From positions 1 through 64,000 of the IMG/VR virus record IMGVR_UViG_3300009285_005282: a stretch of DNA of 64,000 nucleotides, one strand, 5' to 3'. Shown here one piece after another: positions 57,329 to 64,000 of the stretch. The stretch is from a virus. The position numbers were made by a program, and so were the translations under genes. The notes below the pieces were generated by a model. The model did no database searches, had not been told where the DNA came from, and worked only from the letters and a program-made list of their open reading frames with translations. How positions within the stretch are numbered: position 1 is the first letter of the stretch; each line of letters begins with the position of its first letter.

Positions 57329-59941
57329 ATGGGCGACACGTTTTTTGTCCCGTATGAGCGAGCGAAGATCGCTCACCTGATTCAGGGCGGCGGCAAGGGC
57401 GGCGAGATCCGTGACTTGCGTGAGGACCTGGAGCGCGCTTTCGGCCGGGTGGGCTCGGCGTTCGACGCGCTCAACGAGAAGGCGCCGGTGCGCCTTTGCA
57501 CAGCGGCGGCGCTCAACCTCTACACCGTGGCCGGGTCGGGTGACGGGAAAACCCTGACGCAGAGCGTCGCCGCGGTCGAGAACATCGACGGGGTGGCCCC
57601 GGTAGTTGGAAACCGTGTCCTTGTCAACAACGCCGGGACCGCGACCGCTGCCGACCGCGGCATCTACACTGTCACGACCGTAGGCACGGTGGCTGTCCGG
57701 CAGGTACTGACTCGGGCAACCGACGCCGACGATAATGCGGACGTGACCTCGGGCATGGGTGTACGGGTGCTGGCGGGATCGACGCTGGCGGGTCACCACT
57801 TCTACCTCTCGACCGCCAACCCCATCGTGGTGGACACCGACGGTCTCTCCTTCACCGAGGATGACCCGGGGTTTCACGCCTCGCGGCACATCTTCGGCGG
57901 CCTGGATGTGGTAGACGGCGACCGACTGGTCATCACCTGGACCCCCACTACCTTCACCAGGACGCTGGACATTGGCGGGCTCGCTGGCGACCTGACCGCG
58001 CTAACCGCGCATCTCAACGGCATCGACCTCTACGCGGCCGGGTTGACCTCCAGCATCGCGCTGATCAACGCCACTTTGGCCGCACGGGATCGCAAGGAGA
58101 GCGCCCGGCTCTGCACCGCGGCAGCGCTCGGCCTCTATACCGCCTCCGGTGGTCCGGGTCTCGGGCGTACGCTGACTCAGAACGGTGCGGGGGTGCAAGA
58201 GGACATCGACGGCACTGCGGTAGTGGTTGGGGATCGTATCCTCGTCAATGACACAGGTACCGCGACCGCTGCCGACCGCGGTATCTACACCGTGGACACG
58301 GTGGGCGCCCCCGGGGTGCCCCAGGTGCTGGTCAGGGCTACCGACGCCGACGACGATGTAGAGGTCACTTCGGGCATGTTCCTTCGGGTCACTGAAGGCG
58401 CGACCTTGGCGGATACGGTGTGGCACCTGACCACCAACGATCCTATCGTGGTGGACACCGACGGTCTTTCCTTCTCCAGTCTGCCCAACGCGCACGCTGC
58501 CACCCACACGGTCGGAAGCACCGACGTCGTGGATGGTGACGAGGTGGACATCACCTGGACCCCCACTACCTTCACCCGTACCGTAGACGTCGGGGGGCTG
58601 GCCTCGGGGCTAACCTCGCTGACCGCACATCTCAATGGCATCGACCTCTACGCCGGCAGTCTGGCCTCCAGCATTGCGCTGATCAACGCGACCCTGGCAG
58701 CGCGGGATCGTAAGGAGAGCGCGCGGCTTTGCACCGCGGCGGCGCTCAACGCCTACACCGCTTCTGGCGGCCCGGGGCTTGGGCACACCCTGACTCAGGA
58801 CGGTGCTGGGGCGCAGGAGGACATCGACGGCACCGCGGTGGTCGCCGGTGACCGTATTCTGGTCAATGACACGGGCACCGTGACCGCCACCGACCGTGGT
58901 ATCTACACCGTGACTGTAGCGGGCGCCTTCGGGATACCCCAGGTGTTGGTCCGGGCTACCGACGCCGATGACGACGTAGAGGTTACCGCAGGCATGTTCC
59001 TCCGGGTCACCGAGGGAGCGACCTTGGCGGACACGGTGTGGTGCCTGACTACCGACGACCCTATCGTGGTGGACACCACCCCCCTCTCCTTCTCCAACCT
59101 GCCCAACGCGCACGCGGGTACCCACACGGTTGGGAGCACTGACGTCGTGGACGGCGACGAGGTGGAGATCACCTGGACTCCGGCCAACTCTACCCCCACG
59201 GTGGACCTTGGTGGGTTGGCCTCAGGGGTGACCTCACTAACGGCGCACCTCAATGGAGTCGACCTGCAGCTCGGGTTGCAGGCAGCGGATATCCTGACCA
59301 ACGCTGCGGGTATCGCCGCGCTCAACGCGCACTCCGCCTTCCCGGAGATTTGGGGTGTCCGGCCAGACGTGGCTCCCACCTTGGCGGTGGACGGCAGCGC
59401 GAACTTCAGGCTGATCGGCGCTGCGTTCCTGCAGGGGCAGAGCTTCTCCCATTTGGCTATCGGTGGCCTCGACATCATCGCCGAGGAACCGGGGGTAGGC
59501 GGGGACAGTATCTCGGTCGAGGTGGTGGACACCGGAATAGGTGGTCTGGCGATCACCTACGTAGGCGGAACTTTGTCCATCGACCAGGGCGGCTCCGGTT
59601 CCAATGAGGACGCGGTTGCCGTCGCAATCAACGTCGGCGCAGCGCTGTGGACGGGGGTGTTGCGCGCCAACAGTCTCGGTGGCGGCGCAGTCCCGGTCAC
59701 GGCGCTCACCCCCCTGGCTGGTGGTCTGGGTACGGGGCTGTCCGTTTACTGCGGTGGCGTGCTTGGGGCTCCGACCGGAGAGGCCGGCGGTCTGGCGCTC
59801 TCTACCGCCTCCTACACCGATACGCTGCTGCTGGTCAACCCAGCGAGCATGGCTGGAGACCTGGCTGCCAACGACACCGCAACGATCCGGGTGGTCAGCA
59901 ACGACATGACCTCCCTTCCCGTCACCGTGCTGCTGGCGTAG
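57329..59941 (+). CDS. Tail fibre/virion protein with three ~206-aa tandem repeats
   Basis: RLCTAAAL...IDG..VVG[DN]R.LVN...RGIYTV...RATDAD...VT.GM..RV x3; repeats 2 and 3 are 618 bp apart. Confidence 0.8.
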   Translation: MGDTFFVPYERAKIAHLIQGGGKGGEIRDLREDLERAFGRVGSAFDALNEKAPVRLCTAAALNLYTVAGSGDGKTLTQSVAAVENIDGVAPVVGNRVLVNNAGTATAADRGIYTVTTVGTVAVRQVLTRATDADDNADVTSGMGVRVLAGSTLAGHHFYLSTANPIVVDTDGLSFTEDDPGFHASRHIFGGLDVVDGDRLVITWTPTTFTRTLDIGGLAGDLTALTAHLNGIDLYAAGLTSSIALINATLAARDRKESARLCTAAALGLYTASGGPGLGRTLTQNGAGVQEDIDGTAVVVGDRILVNDTGTATAADRGIYTVDTVGAPGVPQVLVRATDADDDVEVTSGMFLRVTEGATLADTVWHLTTNDPIVVDTDGLSFSSLPNAHAATHTVGSTDVVDGDEVDITWTPTTFTRTVDVGGLASGLTSLTAHLNGIDLYAGSLASSIALINATLAARDRKESARLCTAAALNAYTASGGPGLGHTLTQDGAGAQEDIDGTAVVAGDRILVNDTGTVTATDRGIYTVTVAGAFGIPQVLVRATDADDDVEVTAGMFLRVTEGATLADTVWCLTTDDPIVVDTTPLSFSNLPNAHAGTHTVGSTDVVDGDEVEITWTPANSTPTVDLGGLASGVTSLTAHLNGVDLQLGLQAADILTNAAGIAALNAHSAFPEIWGVRPDVAPTLAVDGSANFRLIGAAFLQGQSFSHLAIGGLDIIAEEPGVGGDSISVEVVDTGIGGLAITYVGGTLSIDQGGSGSNEDAVAVAINVGAALWTGVLRANSLGGGAVPVTALTPLAGGLGTGLSVYCGGVLGAPTGEAGGLALSTASYTDTLLLVNPASMAGDLAANDTATIRVVSNDMTSLPVTVLLA

Positions 59942-60463
59942 ATGATGCGCGTCCTCCTTGCCGTACTGGCGCTGCTCTACCCCGGCCATGTTTGGGCGGA
60001 GTCCTGCACACCGCAGGACTACACCTCCACCACTGCACCGAATTTCGAGTGCCCCAGCCCCGAGGAGGAGGCGCTCACCCCTAACCTCTCCCCACCTCCA
60101 GCCATCCCTGTTCACACCGGTGAATGCTCCCCTGCTCCGTGGGACGGGGCGCTGGTCCACCGGGACCGTTTGGTGCTGTTGGGGCTGAAGCTCCAAGCTG
60201 TGCGTCGACTACGCTGGTCGGATACTCTGCGGTTCCGTGCGTTGTACACGGTCGAGCTCAACCACGCTCGCAGGGAGGAGGAGCTGGTCACCCGAGCGCT
60301 GGAGGAACAGGTGGTGACGTACCGTGAGCGCGCCTTGCAGGCGGAACAGCGTACAGGGAACGCGACGGCGTGGTACCGCTCCTGGTGGTTTGGCTTTGTG
60401 CTGGGTGTGGTCTCCGCTGGTGGGTTGGTGGCACTCGCCGCCTACGTCGTCACTGCGCTCTGA
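59942..60463 (+). CDS. Signal-peptide + coiled coil + C-terminal TM protein (lysis/spanin-like)
   Basis: N-terminal signal-like helix; APWDGALV; WWFGFVLGVVSAGGLVALAAYVV. Confidence 0.55.
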   Translation: MMRVLLAVLALLYPGHVWAESCTPQDYTSTTAPNFECPSPEEEALTPNLSPPPAIPVHTGECSPAPWDGALVHRDRLVLLGLKLQAVRRLRWSDTLRFRALYTVELNHARREEELVTRALEEQVVTYRERALQAEQRTGNATAWYRSWWFGFVLGVVSAGGLVALAAYVVTAL

Positions 60464-60497
60464 CTAAGCGCCCCAACCGGCGCTCAACGTCGGGCTC

Positions 60498-60545
60498 ATC
60501 CTCAACTAAAAAGGTGCTGCCAGGGGGATTACCCCCGGCAGCACC
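60498..60545 (-). terminator. Rho-independent terminator with TTAG tail between convergent units
   Basis: GGTGCTGCCGGGGG-TAAT-CCCCCTGGCAGCACC TTTTTAGTTGAGGAT on -. Confidence 0.8.
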
Positions 60546-60657
60546 GTAGCACGTCCGGCAAAGCTCTACCACCCGGCAGGGGAGTTCCAGGCACCGCCGC
60601 GGCAGGAGCGGCGGGGGCATTAGTCCCCCGCAAGCTGCTGGACACGCTCTGTCCTCC

Positions 60658-60846
60658 TTATACCAATTCCGGGGTCTCCCACGTCCCCATTTCGCTGTCC
60701 TCGACGTCGTCCCAGTTGCTGTCGTCGTTGGACTCCACCGTGTCTAGGAACTGAAGAAATGCTTCGGAGCACTCCTCCGCGGTCTCGCCAGAGAGGCGCT
60801 TGTACCGATGCACGCTCCGGCTCTGAACGAACATCACGGACACCAT
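60658..60846 (-). CDS. Small acidic hypothetical protein
   Basis: GAGGA RBS before MVSVMF. Confidence 0.6.
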   Translation of the reverse strand: MVSVMFVQSRSVHRYKRLSGETAEECSEAFLQFLDTVESNDDSNWDDVEDSEMGTWETPELV

Positions 60847-61024
60847 GTTGTCCTCAGAAGCGCGCAACCTCTTTACTGCTGAGTTGCAGCACGTACAGGT
60901 TGTGCTCAGGGTTGACGCTTACCGGAAGTCCAGCTGACCGGCAGTGCTGAACGAGCTCCGCGTTCGTAGCGGGAAGCTCGATGGTGAGGTACTGCCCGCT
61001 GTCCCGCAACGGAGCCGGTGTTGC

Positions 61025-61720
61025 TCACTTTGGGCTATCGGCAAGCCCGACCTTCCGCAGGATGGCGGCGAACCCCGCCAGTGGCTTGTCGAGCCCGCGT
61101 GCAAACGCCAACGCCCCCGCGTTGACCGCCAGGTCGACCAGCGACTGGAGTTGGTCGTTTACGGTGAGCAGCACGTTACCCTGGGCGACCTGCGTTTGTT
61201 CTAGGCGGTCCAGCCGCTGGTTGATGTCCTCCAGCAATTTGGTCACAAGGACCAATCCGCCGGGGTCGGGGGTTGGGTCCGGGGTGAGCGGCGTGTGCCG
61301 GGGTTCATCGGCGGGTAGAATATGGTCGAGCCCCAACCTCCGAAGCGCCTCCTCTGGGTCCTCTTCTGCGCTCTCCTCTAGGTCCTCTTCTGGGTCCACG
61401 GTCCCGGGAAGTTCCTTCTGCACGGGGGTCTGCGTCTGCGTCTTACGAGCAGCGCGTTTCTTGGCAGGCGCAGGGGTTGTCGCTGCGGGAGCCGGCGTTG
61501 GCGGTGCGTCCGGGGGGTTCTGTACGGGGGTAGTAGCCGGTGCTGACGCGTGGTCTTCGTCCCACTTCGACAGCAGTAGGGCGATGAGCTGGTCCTTGCC
61601 CCCGTCACGCAGGGCCTGTTGCCACACCTCCGTGGGTAGCTGCGCCTTGGCGGCGCGCCATCGTAGAGCGCGCTCGCTGGTCTCCACGAGCTCCTCTCTG
61701 TACGCTGTTCTCTCATCCAT
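61025..61720 (-). CDS. Hypothetical protein with Pro/Thr-rich linker
   Basis: AGGAG RBS; overlaps the upstream gene. Confidence 0.75.
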   Translation of the reverse strand: MDERTAYREELVETSERALRWRAAKAQLPTEVWQQALRDGGKDQLIALLLSKWDEDHASAPATTPVQNPPDAPPTPAPAATTPAPAKKRAARKTQTQTPVQKELPGTVDPEEDLEESAEEDPEEALRRLGLDHILPADEPRHTPLTPDPTPDPGGLVLVTKLLEDINQRLDRLEQTQVAQGNVLLTVNDQLQSLVDLAVNAGALAFARGLDKPLAGFAAILRKVGLADSPK

Positions 61721-62114
61721 GCTCTCTCTCCTGTTCTATACGGCGTCGATTCAGCTCATAAATTATGAGCACCTCGACGTCGTGTTTTGCGAAATACTGC
61801 GGGTTACCCGCGTCGATCATCTGGTCACGTAGCTTCTTTTGGAACTTTGTCACGAAGTCGTACAGGCGGTTGCGTAACTCGTCGATAGGGTTATGGACCT
61901 GAACAGACTCCCCCTGTAACCGGCGCAGCAGTAGCTCCTGTAGGGTAGCGGTGTCCTGGCCTCTCCAAGCGCGAACGTCCAGCAGGCGCAATAGCTCTAC
62001 CAATTCGGAGTCGTTTAGCCACGGGATAGCCTCAATGTCAAAACGCACTCTTCCTCGCCGGATGAGCCGTTCGTGGTTTAGCTTTGGCCAGGCCCATTTA
62101 GTGTGCCGTCCCAT
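61713..62114 (-). CDS. Hypothetical protein
   Basis: Co-oriented and tightly packed. Confidence 0.7.
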   Translation of the reverse strand: MGRHTKWAWPKLNHERLIRRGRVRFDIEAIPWLNDSELVELLRLLDVRAWRGQDTATLQELLLRRLQGESVQVHNPIDELRNRLYDFVTKFQKKLRDQMIDAGNPQYFAKHDVEVLIIYELNRRRIEQEREHG

Positions 62115-62116
62115 CG

Positions 62117-62524
62117 TCAGCACCACTGGGGCAGGGGTTCGATGTCGAACTCTACCCGGGGGTGCGCGGCGTCCATGTACTTCAAGAGCTGAAGGTTCAT
62201 GATGCAGCTGTCGTCGATCCCCAACGCGTCCATGACCGCGTCTATGAGTAGCTTTTGGCGGTTTGCCACGTCTAGCTTGAGAAAACGGCGGCCCGCCCCG
62301 CTCCGTTTCCAGTTCAGCTGTTCCATACGGTCAAAGTAGATCATGATGATGACCCGATACGGAACATCCTGACAAAACGGGATTGAAGAACGTATGGCCT
62401 GTTCCGCGACCGCCGCACGGACAAGGTTGACGTACCGTTCCGCCTCACTGGTTTTGACCCGGCGGCGCTTCACGGTGAAGTAGACGTGGTTGTCCGACGG
62501 GGGTAGAGGCAGAGTGACTCGCAT
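62117..62524 (-). CDS. rusA: RusA-family Holliday junction resolvase
   Basis: LPLPPSDN; KLDVANRQKLLIDAV...IDDSCI (DxxNxxKxxxD...DD). Confidence 0.85.
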   Translation of the reverse strand: MRVTLPLPPSDNHVYFTVKRRRVKTSEAERYVNLVRAAVAEQAIRSSIPFCQDVPYRVIIMIYFDRMEQLNWKRSGAGRRFLKLDVANRQKLLIDAVMDALGIDDSCIMNLQLLKYMDAAHPRVEFDIEPLPQWC

Positions 62525-62525
62525 G

Positions 62526-63080
62526 CTATATCCTCACTGGACGTCGGCGGTTGCCAACGTTGTGCTCACGTAGGGAATCAGTGAGCTCTGCCTCCCGCAG
62601 CCCAACATAGCGCGAAGCTGGTTTTCTGAGTGCCTCAAGCCCGTCCCAGTGCGCCTGGAGCTTCGTAACCACGAGTTCGCACTCCAGGAGCTGCGCGGAT
62701 AGCTCTATAACCCGCGGGTCAATGTTTACCTTGTCCTCCTTTTGGTTAGCGGCGCAAGTAAGCCGCTCCTTGATGCTCGACCGTAGTACCTTCATCCGGT
62801 ACATCAGTCCGGACTGTTGCATTTTAGCGTCGGCCAGCACGCCACCAACGTAGGCCATCCACGCTCCAGCAGCCCCCTGTACGTCCATCAGCGCGTCGTT
62901 GGGCATACTGCTCAGACTCTGGGTGAGTATCGGGCTGGCGAGTGTTGGGGCGGTCATGTCTGGGATTCCTAACCGTCTAAGCGCTGTCTGCGCCGCCACT
63001 TCGGCCTGGGTGAACCGGTCGTCCACGTCGTCCCATTCGGTGAGCAACAGGTTGAAGTTGGGCACTGTTGCACGGGTCAC
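62526..63080 (-). CDS. Coiled-coil protein, possible recombination mediator
   Basis: Helical; lies between the Cas4-like nuclease and RusA; AAGGAGG RBS. Confidence 0.6.
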   Translation of the reverse strand: MTRATVPNFNLLLTEWDDVDDRFTQAEVAAQTALRRLGIPDMTAPTLASPILTQSLSSMPNDALMDVQGAAGAWMAYVGGVLADAKMQQSGLMYRMKVLRSSIKERLTCAANQKEDKVNIDPRVIELSAQLLECELVVTKLQAHWDGLEALRKPASRYVGLREAELTDSLREHNVGNRRRPVRI

Positions 63081-63871
63081 GAGTCCTCCTTTCCGGCGAG
63101 TTTGCGGGGCTGGCATACGGCGTTGTAGCGACACCAGTGGCAGCTTCTCCCGATCCGGCGGGGGGGAATCTGGTACTGGTCCATCTGCGCTTGTATCCGC
63201 TCCAGCCGTTGTTGGATTGGCGTCCACACCCCGTAGTCGAACGGGACGTAGAGCGCCCGCATGTTGCTGTTGTCCTTGTTGAAGTACAGGATGCACCCCA
63301 TCGGCACATCCAGTGCCTTTAGGTACCCGTGGAGCTGTTTTACGTAGCTGCTTCCAGGGGTATTCCCCAGCTTGTTGAAGGTGGTGGAGTTGCAGCTTTT
63401 GTAATCCAGCACCATCCGAAACCGCAGTTGTTGCCCACCAATAGCGACAACAGCTGCGAGAAGACCGTCAGCGTGCCCGGTCATTTCCAACGCGTCGTGC
63501 CGTACGCGCACCTCCGCGTGGTAGTCGTGCCCCTCCAGGCGCGCCCAGGTTCCCATGTAGTATTGCAGCAGTTCGTGTATTACGGTGCCAGTGTCGAAAA
63601 TACGGCGCTGCTCTACACGCTCCTTCCGTTCTTCCTTCTCCCCTACCAGTTGAAACGCCAGAAAGGCGTCGCAGGGGTTGCTGTACTCCGACGGGTGGAA
63701 CGCCCCCTTTTGGCGGTGTGCCCCCCACTGGAACGTAGACGTCCACGGCTCGGGCTGCCGAATCAGCCGTGCAACGTGATCCTCCAGCACCTGAACCAGA
63801 GGCCAGGACGTGAGCAGCTTGGCCGCAGTTGGACTTCGTTCCAGGTCCTCGATGTGCTCCAGCGTCAACAT
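63077..63871 (-). CDS. Cas4/RecB-like PD-(D/E)xK exonuclease
   Basis: FHPS...PC, GTVIHE, GHADG, LDYKS, QLHGY, CHWCRYNAVC. Confidence 0.88.
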   Translation of the reverse strand: MLTLEHIEDLERSPTAAKLLTSWPLVQVLEDHVARLIRQPEPWTSTFQWGAHRQKGAFHPSEYSNPCDAFLAFQLVGEKEERKERVEQRRIFDTGTVIHELLQYYMGTWARLEGHDYHAEVRVRHDALEMTGHADGLLAAVVAIGGQQLRFRMVLDYKSCNSTTFNKLGNTPGSSYVKQLHGYLKALDVPMGCILYFNKDNSNMRALYVPFDYGVWTPIQQRLERIQAQMDQYQIPPRRIGRSCHWCRYNAVCQPRKLAGKEDS

Positions 63872-63999
63872 TGCTCCTCCGGTTGGAGATGCTCCAAAGC
63901 AGTGTTCCAAGCCAACACCGCGACCTTGGTGCCGTCCCCAAGGGTAATCCGTAGTACCGCTTCCCGGCCCGTCGCCGCCGCCTGGTGTAGGGCCTTTCT
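63865..63999 (-). CDS. 3' end of a gene truncated by the window edge
   Basis: ...RKALHQAATGREAVLRITLGDGTKVAVLAWNTALEHLQPEEQC*. Confidence 0.55.
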   Translation of the reverse strand, partial: RKALHQAAATGREAVLRITLGDGTKVAVLAWNTALEHLQPEEQC

Positions 64000-64000
64000 G

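Noticed and set aside
63077-63871. Cas4 as evidence of a CRISPR-Cas system
   Set aside because: Stand-alone Cas4-like nucleases are common in phage recombination modules, and here it sits next to RusA.
1-64000. Alternative genetic code (stop-codon reassignment)
   Set aside because: Long genes are intact in code 11, and TAG, TGA and TAA all terminate tightly packed genes.

Overview
GC-rich (roughly 65%, estimated by eye) 64-kb fragment of a large tailed-phage genome, probably contractile-tailed (myovirus-like). No rRNA, host housekeeping gene, CRISPR array, integrase, reverse transcriptase, terminase, portal or major capsid gene is recognisable. Three gene classes interleave. (1) Small accessory genes (1-6.5 kb on +; 10.4-20.5 kb and single inserts at 24.6-28.1 kb on -): five paralogous Ala/Trp-rich proteins, two pentapeptide-repeat paralogues, CxxC proteins, a PcfJ-like protein, an AcrIII-1/DUF1874-like protein, an AAA ATPase, and DHH and MYG1 hydrolases. 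These units are usually preceded by TATAAG and closed by a repeated hairpin+TTAGYYRRGTA element. (2) Tail/baseplate structural genes (6.6-10.2 kb on -; 20.6-60.5 kb on +): tape-measure-like, gp25-like, baseplate-J-like, tail spike, repeated tail fibre and membrane proteins. (3) Recombination genes at the right end (RusA, Cas4-like PD-(D/E)xK). The strongest candidate novelty is a 1461-aa five-enzyme protein (SNF2 helicase / permuted papain amidase / ADP-ribosyltransferase-like / LigD phosphoesterase / ATP-dependent ligase). Its domain junctions carry a K-x-[AS]-like motif that also marks the N-termini of neighbouring proteins, including a phage sigma factor, suggesting a tag-and-cleave virion cargo system. 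All calls come from reading motifs by eye; no searches were run.
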